A stretch of 64,000 nucleotides of DNA from Octopus sinensis (lineage: Eukaryota), in assembly GCF_006345805.1 (NCBI RefSeq), contig NC_043005.1, positions 4,588,001 to 4,652,000 of the forward strand, in the 5' to 3' direction. Made by a program: the position numbers and the translations under genes. The notes below the pieces were generated by a model, which saw only the letters and a list, made by a program, of their open reading frames with translations, ran no database searches and was not told where the DNA came from. Positions 1-13,587 of this stretch are shown here, one piece after another; within the stretch, counting starts at the first letter, position 1; every line of letters starts with the position of its first letter.

Positions 1-886
1 TCTCTCACTCTTCCTCTCTATGGAAGATTGTCATCATCATTTAACATACTCCTTCCATACTGGCCATGAAGTACAACATGCTCCAACAAGCCAGAGGACC
101 TGTGTTTAGTTGCAATGTCTGCTTTGGCATGGTTTCTATGGCCGGATGCCTTTCTTAACACCAGCCACTTTCTACTGGGTACTGGTGCTTTTTTGATGAA
201 ATTGGCAACTAGTGAGGTCACCAGTCCTTTGCAAGACAAAGAAAATGCTCCTTTGACTGAGCTGGGGTTGTAGTAGAGCTGGAGGTTGCTTTCTGACAGT
301 TGTTATGAGGTCAAAGTATGGTAGAGGAACAGGTTTTGCTACAGAGGTAATATATGGCTGCCCTGCATTATATAAGAATGGACGGGAGTAGCTGAGAAGT
401 TACTCACATCCATTCTTATATAATACAAGGCAACCGTGTATATGTGATGGGCTTCTTTCAGTTTTCATCTACCAAATCCACTCGCAAGGCTTTGGTCTGC
501 CCAAGGTGCCTTGCAGTAGGACTGAACCTGAAACCATGTGGTTGGGAACCAAACTTCTTACCACATGGCCCATGCCTGTGCTCCAGCATGGCCACAGCCT
601 AATGAGTGAAACAAGTAAAAGTTAAAATTTATATGTGTGTGTATTTATATGTACATATGTGTGTGTATGTATATGTACATATGTGTGCATATGTACATAC
701 ACACACATACCAATGAGATACATTGCGCTTACACCTGTTACAAATATCACCATACTGTCTTATGTATGTTTATATGTATACATACACTGTCAAGTGATAC
801 CTCTGTATTTTAGCCAGACATGTCAGATATAGTAGCCAATGTTCCCTCAAGTCACATTGTTCTATCTCCTGTTTCTGATACAATAC

Positions 887-1345
887 ATCATCATCATCAT
901 TTAACGTCCGTTTTCCATGCTGGCATGGGTTGGATGGTTTGACTGGGGACTGGCAAGCCAGGGAGGGCTCACCAGGCTCCAATCTGATCTGGCAGTGTTT
1001 CTACAACTGGATGCCCTTCCTAACCCCAACCACTCTGAGAGTGCAGTGGGTGCTTTTTATGTGCCACTGGCATGGAAGCCAGTCGGGTGGCAATGGCATT
1101 GACCACGTTCGAATGGTGCTTTTTATTTGCTCTGGCACAGGACCCAGTCGGAGCAGGTGTGGGAAGGGGGGACTGGCATCAACCATGTTCAGATGGTGCT
1201 TTTTACGTGCCACTGGCACGGGGAGCCAGTCAGGCGACACTGGCAATGACCCACACATGAATGGTGCGTATTGCGTGCCACCAGTACAGGAGCCAGTCAG
1301 GTGGCACTGGCATTGGCCACAACTACAATTTCCATTTTGATTTCA
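887..1345 (-). mobile_element. Family B retroposon (RTE-tail-associated) with internal tandem units of about 58 bp
   Basis: (CAT)n-TTTAACGTCCGTTTTCCATGCTGGCATGGGTTGG end shared with 7857-8270(-), 19691-20005(-), 30990-31237(+), 41275-41705(+), 60299-60540(-) and partials. Confidence 0.8.
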
Positions 1346-2967
1346 GTTTGATTGAGATTCTGCTTAATAAATACGTTAGTCAAATAAAATATGTAACATT
1401 AATCCCTTATTAACTAATCTTCAATCCCCATATTATTTCCTTTCAATTCTTTTTTTTTTAGAAAGATTGTTTACTTTCAGTAATTAGTCTTTTCATTCAA
1501 CAGAAATGAATAAAATATTCTGAAGAAATTATTAAATGTGAATTAAAATTTTCTCCTCTTTTGCAGCTGTATTTTTTCCATGTTCCAGCACCAATTCCTA
1601 GTGGTAGTGGTACTACTACGACCACTACTACTGACACACCTTTGACAACAATACACAGCTAAACAACAACAAAAAATGAAAGAATCTATTTCAATAAAGC
1701 TAAGAAAAGCATTGCTCAAAGATGTCAACAGAGCTGTAAGCAATTCCACTGTGTTATTTGGTGTACCACCCGTCCACATTTGAGTTACTTTGCACATTAA
1801 ACATAAAAAGGTTTCTGAAAGTAAAAGTTACAAAAAATAAGTTTAGTTTTAAATACAATAAGATACGAGGTCTATGGCTTTAGAATATACTGGAAGCATT
1901 TTTAATGTAAGGAAAGGAGTTTAGTTGAAAACTGTATTTGAAATCCTCATTCATACAAGAATAGATTAATTTATCATTTTAGAATGTGGCTGTGTTTAAT
2001 GTGTGTGTCCCCCTCCCCCCCAATGTCCATACCTGGTTGGGGAAGTTTGTGAAGTGAATCTTATGGTGAAATTTGAAGATATACCATCATAGAAATGGTT
2101 TGGCCTGGTATTCATTGAACAGTCAAATTGTGTTGTTTGGTCATTTCTTATGTCTAAATGACTTTTCATAGCAAAGGAAATCACCTGAAAATGAAGCAAA
2201 TAGCACTTAAAAAGCTGAATGCATTTCAAATTGTTCAGATATTTTAAAATCACAGATTTCACCACAAAATTTTCTTTCACTATTATATATTAATAAAACA
2301 TATTCTTTTACTTTATATTATGCGAAATGAGTATGGTCCTCTGTTTGGTTAACCAGTTTTCTCCAGATGCATTACTATGTAAATTACTTTGAGTTAGGAA
2401 ACATATACCATATGATTTGGAAGAAATAGCCTCAAAACTTAAATGTCACGAATTAAAAACAGGAAATAAAAATAGATTTTTATTTATTACAAATTATTTT
2501 AGTTTTGTTTACAGGTAATGGTGATGAAGTAATAATAGTTTCATTGCAAATATACCATATCAAACTCTATATCTCTATTCAAATTATTATCACATATTTC
2601 CCTCTTTTAGTTTCAACCACAACATTTAAAGGCCATTAGAAACCTTGTACGTACATATATACATATATATTCCTGAAATGAAACCCAATTAAATATGACC
2701 CCATAGAGATAAGGCTATCCTTATCTTCAAAGAATTTTAAACATGGAATATGAGTGATGTAATGATACTCCTCTGTGACTTGGAACTAGAACCTTCCAAT
2801 TTTGGTTTTTCATTTCTTTAAAGACTTCAGTTTAGAAACTCAAATCCAAGCCAAATTTTTTCGTAACACTTTATACTTTTCATTTACTAAATGTTTCCAT
2901 ATGGTTTTTCAAGTTTTTCAATTTATATCTCTCACCTCATTATTGGAAATGGCTTATATTTAATTCC

Positions 2968-3008
<41 letters not shown>

Positions 3009-5220
3009 TCTCATGTATGTATGTATATACACACATTTATATACCATACTGTAAAATATGTATGCTTTCTGTGACATAGTCAAAGGTCTCTATTCAATCT
3101 AATCTGGTTTATATTTGTTTCAATACCAGATGATCGTATTTTCAATATACTAAGTCTGAAGTGAGATAATCTTTCATATTTCACATATGGCTTATACACT
3201 GCTGCAAATATCTAAGCCTTTGGAAATTATTTTTAGAACTTTCAATACCTTGAATTTTTTTTTGTTTCTGTTTTTTCATTGTATAAACATCGAAAATTCT
3301 GGTTTTTATATCATTTTTGACGTTTCCTCCCCCACTCTGTCTGTTAAAGCCCTATCTAATTTTTTTGTGTTCTTCATACTATTTTTGGACTTTATATTTT
3401 TATTATCGGTACAGACTTTGTGCCTGTAGTAGGAAGAATTAGTATTATTATTGGTGGTATTGTTGATATGTAAAAATATGTAAATTAGTTACTACGGCCT
3501 CTTATTATTTAATATCTTTTAGTTATTTTTTTATTTGTGCCCTCAAAACATTCCATAAAGCAGCTTTCTACAGCCTTAGGACTGAAACATATGAAAGAAT
3601 AAATGTGTATATATATATATACACACACACATATACATACTTTATATATATATATATGTGTGTGTATGTATGTATGTATGTATATATGTATATATATATA
3701 TATATATATATTTATACACACACACATAATTTTAAAATATGGCTGTTAATACCTTCTAAATATATTTGTTCCCCATTAATTTTGGGCATAAACAGGACTT
3801 TCAACTTAATCTGTCTGCGATAACTTTTGTTACGGTGCCAAGATTTATAAAGCTTGAAGTGAGAAATTCTCTTCAGAAAGCCATATTTATCTTGAAAATA
3901 TCAGCTCAATGGCTATTTTCTTTTCTGTAATATTTTATTCAATGCAGCAATTTTACACACAAAAATAAAATTTAAAATAAAAACATATGCTTCTACACAT
4001 TATCTGCTAATAACAATATTTACCAGTGAAGAGATTTTGTCTGGAATTTTCAATATTGTTATGACCTATCCACATTGTGTCAATAGAAGTAGCTAAAACA
4101 GTTCTCTCTCAGAATGCAAAACTATCCAATATTGTTGTATGCACCACTTTTCCTTCAAGTGTTTTCATTGGCCTGCATAGATATTTATCAACGCATTTGA
4201 ATGACTTGTATGGATTGGTATGTAATATTCAACTAAGATTCCTTGTTTTGTTTTTTGTCCTTCTGCTGCTCCTACGGAATCACCACACCTTGTTGAATAC
4301 TCTGTTTTTGGATTTCAGAGCAGAAATCATTGAATTTTATTGTAACGTTTATTCTACAACATTGAATCAAAAATGGGCATGAAATTAAGAAGCAAGTGAA
4401 ACCTAGATGTGTACACACATATCATATGCTGTGTTATGTTTCAGGCTCTGAGGAAGCTATAAGATGTCACATGAGCACTCAACTCTTAGTGCTATGCTTC
4501 TTATAACAAAAACAGCTGTAAGCTATTGAAAGTGATTACATAACTCCTATTCTTTTGTCATTCATTAATTGAGATATATGCTGTGTTATGTATAAAACAG
4601 ACTATATATATATATATATATATATATTTTACTTGCAGTATAGAACATAAAATAGATTTTGTACACACAATCACACACATTCAAAGTGTTCATAAAATAT
4701 TTATGTAGTCTCACTTCTATATAAGTATAGATATTCACTCTGCAAAGATTTTGTGAACATCCTGTATGTGCGGACACACATAATTTGTTTATTAAACATT
4801 CCCAGACATCTAATTTATTCTGCTGCCCGTAACCCCAAGTTACTCCAAAATTTTAATTATCCGATAATGTTTTCCAGTTTTCCTCTTTATTTGAAATCAA
4901 CATGAGAGAGTGACCCCTGGAAGATACCGGCTTCTTCTTATCCCCTGTGTCAGGTGATAATCCCTGTAAGTTTACCCTAGAGTTTCATGTTTTTGTAACA
5001 CTCTCCTATTTGGAACCATATTCTCATATTATAAAATTGATGCTGATAAATACATTGTGATGATTGATGTGGGTAATATTTATATCCCCCTAGTCACCAG
5101 TATTTTATTTAAAAACTTATTGTAATGTAATTGTCTCAATAAATGGGTGAAGGAACTGAAAAAAAACCCCCCAAAAAAACTGGTACATTTGTTTGTTTTG
5201 TTATTTATTTGTGTAGAAAG

Positions 5221-5420
5221 TAAAAGTGCTTCAAGAATACACTGAAAGCCTTCCTGAAGAGCTTTGAGATCAACCCCAACCCAAGCACAAGACCATCCTA
5301 CCTGGCACATCTGCACCAATAAAGGTGCCACCTCCTACGAATTGAACAGGATTGCAAGGGACACAAAGAAACGGTGAACTGCACAAGTCCAGAGCCCACT
5401 TGTTGCTTTCAGTCCCAACA
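5221..5420 (+). mobile_element. RTE-clade LINE ORF C-terminal relic
   Basis: Manual translation KCFKNTLKAFLKSFEINP...AQDHPTW...KGATSYELNR resembles RTE/BovB C-termini (KRFKDTLKASLK...AQDRxxW). Confidence 0.65.
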
Positions 5421-8269
5421 AACCACCAGTGCCTGACCTGCAGCAGAGCCTTCTGAGCACGCATGAGCCAATCCCACTGTGGCTCCATCTTTGTCTCTTT
5501 CTTCCTCTTCCCCTACTTCCTTGCATATTCATTTCCCTTCTTTCATTCTTTCCTCAGCACATGACCCTACCTTTTCATCCCATTTCTCATCACAAAATCC
5601 ATTTCAACCTCAAACAATTATTGTTGCTAATCCAGGACCTTAAATAATTTCTTACATGGTCACAAGGCTAGAAATTTGAGGGGGTGGGGAGGAGTTAGCC
5701 AATTCAATCGATCCCAATACTTGACTGATTTTGTTTCATTGACCTTAGAAGGATGACATCAACAAAATTTGAACTCAGAATGTGAAGAGCCAACTGAAAT
5801 ACAAGACATTTTATCCAATGTTCTGTTAATTCTGCCAATCTAAATAACGCACTTGTTTCTAATGCAGGCAGAAGGAAGAATATTATTGATTCCTTTGGTT
5901 CCAGTGCTTGGCTGGTATTTTTTATTTTTTCAACTCTGCAAGGTTGAACAGTAGAGTTTGACCTCCATTCAGAACGAGGTGCCTTACCAAAAACCAGTGG
6001 GCTTTTCACCCAACCCTCTAACAGTTACACCAATCTGCCAAGTAATAAACAATAGGTAGTTGGGCACTTTGTTTTCTTACCTTGTGGTGTCAAGTTCAGT
6101 CCTGCTGCATAACACCTTGGGCAAGTGTCTTCTACTATAACACAAGCTGACCAAAGCCTTGTGAGAGGATTTGGTCAACAGAAACTGAACGAAGCCCTGG
6201 AAGAGGGATTAAAGATGATGATGATGGATAATGCAGTCCTAGATGCATTTGAATCATAGATCTGGTGAGTGAGGCTGACCAAAGCCTAAGTAACAAAAAC
6301 AACAGAGAGGTGCAGTGTGGCTCCCTGGACATGTTCCATTCTCAATAGAGAGAAGACCTGGCCATATACACAGAGGCTGCATCCAAGATTTATCCCTGCA
6401 CATTGAAATTGCATTCATTCTAATTGCAGGGTTTCCAAAGAGAGGACCTCAACCAACCCGCACTCCCTGTTCTGTTCCCTCCCACTGCTATCCAACTTGG
6501 ACCTTGAGGGGATACCTACACACTCATCACCATTATTTTTATGTCCTTCTGGTTCTGCCCTAAAAGTGAGAAGCCATGTATCTCCTCTACAGAAGAAATT
6601 CGCTCTGGCCCTTCTCTCAAAGTTTACCCCCTCATAATCTAGCATAAAGCCACCTCCTTCAGGGAGCATAGTCAGCATTTTGCGTCCTAGGATGGAGTAT
6701 TCATCAGAGTGCTGGTTATATGGACAACACACTCAGTACATGCCATAAAGTGGTTGCCATTAGGAAGGGCATCCACTCATAGAAACCATGTCAACACAAA
6801 CACTGGAGCACAAAGCAAACATTGGATCCTGTCCCACTGTACAACCCATGCTGACATAGAACACGGACGTTAAATGATGATGATGATGATGATGAAATGT
6901 ACAATATTGGTTTTTAGCAAGGAGGAGCCATGATATACCTGGTACCTCATCATTCAGCTTGCTGCCTGCCTGCCATAGATGTGCTTGGTCAGAGCTGACC
7001 TGGGGTTACATAACAATAACAACATACCTGGTTCTTTGGTATATTTAGCCACATTCATACTAATGAAACTATCTCTGCTTCTGTTTCTACCCATGATTTT
7101 TTCCTTTTCTACAAACATTGACCTTTTTCCTTATCTACAAACACAGATAAGAGCATTGACCTTATCACTCACTAATCTTTGACAGCCGGCAAGTTCCTAA
7201 CAAACGTTATTAATCACTCTGATTAGTGGATCTTGGAGATTAGTTATCACAACTTTATGAGGAATGAAAAGAGCATGGAATTAGGGATGGGGGTCCCTTC
7301 ATATTTTCGTATTTCATATAACAAGGAGTTATATTCTAAATGAATTTTGTTTTTACATTTTTGTTCCTAATTCTGTGCCTAGTAATAGTTTTTCCAAAAC
7401 TCCAAACTCTCTAATATATGTATTATATGTGACTGTGTTCTGTTGTCAAAAGCAGGATACGTGAACCATGTGAAATCATATGAAAATCGTAATGCTCAGA
7501 AAGGGAATGATGTTGGAGAGCAACCACCTCTTATGACTTGTGTCATATGTCAACAAAACCTGTGAGACAACATCTGCACTTGAAAGACATTCTTTCAGAA
7601 TCAGATTCCAAAGGGCAAAGATAGAGAAGAAACTTGTATAATATCTGTCACTTGTGTTTTAAGCCCTGTCAGTCAGCAGCTGGTCTTAAATGTCATCTGA
7701 GGGCTGATCAACGGAGGGATAGTACTGTCTGATGAGGTGTGGTGGGTATGTGTTAATGGGACAGCTATCATCTCTCAAGATGAAGCAATTATCAATATTC
7801 ATATATAATAATATTAATAATATATATATATATTATATAATAATATTAATAATATATATCATCATCATCATCATCATCGTTTAACATCTGCTCTTCATGC
7901 TGGCATGGGTTGGATGGTTTGACTGAGGTTTGGAAAGCCAGTAGCTGCACCAAGTTCCAATCTGGCAATGTTTCTACACCTGGATGCCCTTCCTAACACC
8001 AACCACTCCGAATGTAGTGGGTACTTTTTACGTGCCACCAGTGCAGGAGCCAGTCAGGCAGGCCTGGCATCGATCACATTTGGATGGTGCTTTTTATGTG
8101 CCACCGGCACAAGAACCAGTCAGGGGTTGCCGGCATCAGCCACAATTCATTGGAGTCTTTTACGTGCCGCTGGCACAGGAGCCAGTCAGAGGGCACTGGC
8201 CACAGCTATGATATTGGTTTTACTTGACTCAACAGGTCTTCTCAAGCATATCATATCACCCAATGCATT

Positions 8270-8770
8270 AGGGGTATTCTTAACAGAGCCAGATGTGTGG
8301 CTGCAATTTCACCTTAGTTGTTGGGTCTTCTCAATTACAGCATATCTCCAATGGTCCCAGTCTCCCGTCATTGCCTCTGTGAGGCCCAATGTTTGAGGGT
8401 CATGCTTCACCACCTTGTCCCATGTCTTCCTGTGTCTACCACAGGTTCCTTCTTTAGTTAGGGAGTGGCACTTCCTCACACATCTGTCCTCATCTATATG
8501 TAACACATGACCACACCAACGCAGTCATCTCCTTTGCACACCACATTTCATGCTTCTTATGCCTAATTTTTCTCTCACAGCACTTACACCCTGTCGTGTA
8601 TGGACACTGACATTACACATCCAGTGGATCATACTAGCTTCATTTCTTTCAAGCCTACGCATGTCCTCAGCATTCATGGCCCATGTTTCACTGTCTTGTA
8701 CCATGGCAGTCCACACATGTGGATCCGTGGAACAAGCTGCCAGACGAAATGGTGAAGATGCCGACGACCG
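8270..8770 (-). mobile_element. RTE-type LINE 3' ORF fragment
   Basis: ORFs 8525-8716 and 8309-8506 give SETWAMNAEDMRRLERNEASMIHWMCNVS...REKLGI and RKTWDKVVKHD...W, typical of the post-RT region. It runs directly into the family-B tail at 7857-8270. Confidence 0.8.
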
Positions 8771-9197
8771 CTTTGTTCAAAGTCTCCCTTGACCTCAAGT
8801 GGCCTGGACTCTTTACATGAACACCACCCTGTACTTAACTCCATGTCCCCCTACATGGCCTTGCTATTTGCTTTTGAGCCAAAAATTAACTAACTAACTA
8901 ACATACAATCTATCTTTCACCCTGAATAAGAAGCCTTTAGTTGCCAGCAGATGTAGGAGGTCCCTATTCTTACTCTAGTCGCTACACTCTCGGAGCAGCC
9001 TCCCCACTTCAGACTTGGTCACCTAGGTAGCGGAAGCTATTAACTACTGGTTTCTCCCCCTGGCATGTGATGGAATCTGTTTTCTGTACATCTTCAGTGT
9101 TTATTGCCCCTGTGCACCTTCCACACACAAAAACTATTTTCCCGGTTAACCTTCCTTGGATGTTGCTGCACCATATATACATATATTATATATATAC

Positions 9198-9232
<35 letters not shown>

Positions 9233-9260
9233 ATGTATGTATGTATGTATATATATATAC

Positions 9261-9299
<39 letters not shown>

Positions 9300-11506
9300 A
9301 TGTATGTATATATATATATATATGTATGTATGTATGTATATATATATATATATATATATATAATGTATGTATGTATATGTGGGTACAGGACATCACCAAC
9401 AGTAAACAACATGAAATACAAAAACAAATGAGTTAAATATGCAAATAATGAGAGGAAAAAATGGAAAACAAGACAAGTAATACAAAGAACGACCCTTCAT
9501 CAGTTGTTGGCTGTCTATCTACTCCCCGTTTTGAGTGATCAACGACAATATGAGTCTTTGAAGACAGTTGCTCCCATAAATACCAAAATAAAATTTGGGG
9601 TTTATGGAGGGTCAAAGTTAGGAACAAAAATAGGACAGTGGAGACATACAGGGAAACCGAATGAAAACAGACATAAAGGGTCGTTAGACTTGAACGAGGG
9701 GAAAATAGTGAATGCTGAGAGAAATATTTTCTTTGAAAAGAGAAAAGATAGAAGAGAGAGATAGGACATGTCCAGTCCTTAAAACACCTGTACAAGAAAG
9801 AAAGATGGACGATGATCATGTGTGAGCAACAAGAGAGAGAAAGAGGGGGGGAGACAAATAGAAAATGGTGAAAGGGAGAAAAAGGGAATTAGAGAGGATG
9901 GGATATATATATAATATTGAATAATAGGGATTAATAAATCCAAGCAGTTATCTTATGAGCACTGAATGGTTAAGTGACTTGTTTAACTACATCAAACAAT
10001 CAGATATCTATAGATTCAATGTGCATTTTCCATGCTGGCATGAGATGGATGGTTTGGTAGATCTGGCAAACCAGAGGACTGTGCCAAGTTCTGGAGTTAG
10101 TTTTGCATGGTTTCTGTAGCAAGATATCCTTCCTAGTGCCAACCACTTTACAAAGTGTATTGGGTGTTTTTCTATGGCAGCAGAAGGGTTGAGAAGTGCT
10201 ACAGGAGATGGCTCTGTGCTGGTTGACAACAGATTAAAAAGAATGATAAACAGATATGTCAAACAGGTTTATACTGAGTTCTAACACTGGGTCATTAGTA
10301 TTGCTATGTCTTAGCAAAATATCGGTTTCAAATTTAGACACAAGGCCAGCAGTTTCAGGGGAAGGTGTACATTGACCCCAGTACATGACTGGTACTTATT
10401 TTATCAACTTCGAAAGGATGAAAGGCAAAGCTGAACTCAGGATGTAAAGACAGACAATGTAAAGATGGACAAAATATTACAAAGCATTTTGCCCAGTGTG
10501 CTAATGATTCTGCCAGCTCACTGCTTTAGCAAAATATTCTTTTCTACTCTAGGCAGAAGGCCCGAAATTTGTGGGGAGGGGGCCAGTCGATTAGATCAAC
10601 CCCAGTGCACAACTGGTACTTAATTCATCGACCTCGAAAGGATGAAAGGCAAAGTCAATCTTGGCGGAATTTAAACTCAGAACATAAAGGCAAAATATTG
10701 AAATACGTGTGTGTACGTGCGTCCATGCGTCCATGTGTGCGTGTGTGTGTGTCTGTCTGTCTGTGCCTTCAAGTGTCCCTATCGTACAAGCAGTGTCATT
10801 TGTTTTCAATCCTCCATGGAAGCATATCCAGACGGCGGGGAAATGTTACCTTGCTTTCCAAACAAGTAAGGGCTGGCGATTAGGAAACCATGGAGGGTCT
10901 GCTTCAATAAAACCCCCCTTGCAAGCCTGGGAATCTGGATGTTAAAGCATTGATGATGATGATGATGATGTTAGTGGTGATGACTGTCTCCAAAACAAGA
11001 ACATGGTTGCCTTCGTCTGGAATGCCCTTAATTACAAGGTCTCCTGGATTGGGGCCTGACTTGCAGGAAAAAAAACAATGTTGGTGACAACCACCACCAT
11101 TACTACTACTACTACTGCTGGTGCTGCTGCTGCTACTACTAAATATTACTGTCGTCATTTTATCTCTTTAATTCTTTTTAAAGATTTTATGAATATCTAA
11201 TTAATGAATATTTGTTATGATGATTAAGAGCAGAATTGGAATAACAAGATAAAATCGTATTTGGGTCATATGAAGTCAGAACAGTTGTAGAATTTCACAT
11301 CAAAGATAAAAAAAAGAAAAGAAACTGGAAGGAGGAAAAAACAAAGAAAGAAACAAACAAACCAACAAAGTAAAAAATAAATAAAATATAAAAGAAAATA
11401 AAAAAAAATAAAAAATAACAAAAAATGCCTACCTTGTTGTATCCAGAAATGTGTCATCAGAGCATTTGAGAAAATTTGCTGATGTTTTGGGGTTGGCAAC
11501 CAAAAC

Positions 11507-11514
11507 GATAAATA
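11507..11514 (+). promoter_or_regulatory. TATA-like element (GATAAATA) upstream of the start exon
   Basis: About 60 nt upstream of ATG 11570, compatible with a transcription start near 11535-11545. Motif and position only. Confidence 0.35.
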
Positions 11515-11569
11515 GCAGCGGGTTTTGTCTTGCGAAGATATTCTGACCCAGGACATCTGAACTAGCAGA

Positions 11570-11582
11570 ATGAAGTTATTCT
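11570..11582 (+). CDS. First coding exon (ATG AAG TTA TTC T; M-K-L-F, phase-1 donor) of a predicted secreted protein
   Basis: GCAGA-ATGAAGTTATTCT followed by consensus donor GTAAGT at 11583. Joined to the exon at 13388 it completes a TTA codon and gives a clean signal peptide MKLFLIFLLTSCLVVEKTHG. Confidence 0.75.
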
Positions 11583-11797
11583 GTAAGTAGGTTTTGTTGT
11601 TGTTGTTGTTGTTTAGCTCCCAGCCTGGCCCTTCAGTATCTTGGGCAGACCCCAGTTATTTTGCAAGCAATCTAAACCATGCTATCGAGGGATAACGTCC
11701 ACCTGTCACAAAAAGGACCCTGAAAAGAATTAGGGGGGTTTGTCCTCCACTTTCCATTTAGCCCTGATCAAGCAAACATTGGTTGAGAGACATTCCA

Positions 11798-11838
<41 letters not shown>

Positions 11839-11846
11839 ATACACAC

Positions 11847-11890
<44 letters not shown>

Positions 11891-11892
<2 letters not shown>

Positions 11893-12107
11893 TCTTACTC
11901 TTTCTCTTTTACTTGTTTCAGTCATTTGACTGCGGCCATGCTGGAGCACCGCCTATAATTGAGCAACTCGGCCCCGGGACTTATTCTTTTTGTAAGCCCA
12001 GTACTTATTCTATCGGTCTCTTTTGCCGAACCGCTAAGTAACGGGGACATAAACACACCAGCATCGGTTGTCAAGCGATGTTGGGGGGACAAACACAGAC
12101 ACACAAT

Positions 12108-12139
<32 letters not shown>

Positions 12140-12300
12140 CATATATACGACAGGCTTCTTTCAGTTTCCGTCTACCAAATCCACTCACAAGGCATTGGTC
12201 GGCCCGGGGCTATAGCAGAAGACACTTGCCCAAGATGCCACGCAGTGGGACTGAACCTGGAACCATGTGGTTGGTTAGCAAGCTACTTACCACACAGCCA
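11891..12300 (-). mobile_element. SINE family A copy inside intron 1 of the secreted-protein gene
   Basis: Reverse complement of the 18026-18420 element; near-identical to 57101-57514. Confidence 0.85.
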
Positions 12301-12771
12301 TATATATATATATATACATATATATGACTTTTGTACATAACCCCATGTGCTGTATATACACCCTTGATGACTTGTAGTGCTCCTGAGCACTGTACACAGT
12401 AATTCCATTATTATTATTATTATTATTATCATGGGGAAGAACAAAGAATATACACCACTTGCTGGCTCTGCACCATTTAGCTGTCAGTTTTCTCCTTTCA
12501 CTTATTTTCTATATAATCGCCTGCCCCCCCCCCTCTTTTCCTGTGTTTTTCTTTAATCTTTTTGATACTACATTCCTGTTAAAATAACTATTAAGCTGGT
12601 GTTTGAAACTTCAATTAACATGAAATTTTGATGAAAGGTTCTGCTTTAGTTCACATCAGCCCTTTTGTTTCTGATGAAATACACCAACTTTGCTTCGATT
12701 CATTTTGAAAATTATGAATAAATAAATATAATAACATTGTCATTGAAAAGCATGGAAAAGGATGCTTAAAG

Positions 12772-12803
<32 letters not shown>

Positions 12804-13254
12804 CTGATATCTCATGATTTTGCTTAGTGATGCTACCATTGTTTTTATTTTAAATGGTTTTGAGGAAGCTGTGAGATGTTGTACAAGCAATTAGCTCCGA
12901 GTGCACTGCTTTTTATAGCAGAAACAGCTGTAAGCTAATGCAGGGGAATATGTAACACCTGTTCTTTTGTCATTCATTATTTGATGTGCACATGTGTGTG
13001 TGTGTGTGTGTGTGCGTGCATGTGTGTGTGAGTGTGTATTACCCAACACATTTTTCTCTCTGTTTTCTCCCTTCTTTCTCCATTTTTTCCCCTCTTGTCC
13101 CTTTCTGTAGAAGAGCCTAGGCTCGAAACATCAAAGACTTTTCCATTTTTCCTGAGTATCAAACTAATACACCTGCCTCTTGTTCCCTCACCTGTCTTTG
13201 TCTTCTTAACATTTGAACTATATATATAAAACATATACAGCAACACATAATATA

Positions 13255-13303
<49 letters not shown>

Positions 13304-13387
13304 CAGAGAGACAGAGAGAGAGAGAGAGAGAGCAACCAAGTGAAAGAAACACAAAAATGGTGTTATATGATTTTTCTGTTTTTGCAG

Positions 13388-13587
13388 TAATTTTCCTGCT
13401 GACTAGTTGCTTGGTGGTAGAAAAGACCCATGGTCTACCTGACCTGGCTGGAATCATTGCTGGCCTCAGCGGCAAAACAATTGAGTTGCTGAAAAAAGTC
13501 ACAGTACCAATTTTGGATACACAGATTGGTTTCCTGAGAAGCCACATTGAACATCTGGTGTCGTTCTTCAAAGGAAGCGAAGGCGAT
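13388..13587 (+). CDS. Second coding exon (phase 1 to phase 0): rest of signal peptide and N-terminal mature region, (L)IFLLTSCLVVEKTHG-LPDLAGIIAGLSGKTIELLKKVTVPILDTQIGFLRSHIEHLVSFFKGSEGD
   Basis: Acceptor TTTTCTGTTTTTGCAG and donor GAT|GTAAGT bound a non-repetitive open frame (part of ORF 13213-13707). Hydrophobic stretch ends at a THG cleavage-like site. Confidence 0.8.

Noticed and set aside
4444-4517. Apparent exon with AG/GT sites and an EEAIRC motif resembling EAIxC of P1-P4
   Set aside because: Lies within a TSD-flanked interspersed repeat whose second copy (about 12860) has a stop in that frame.
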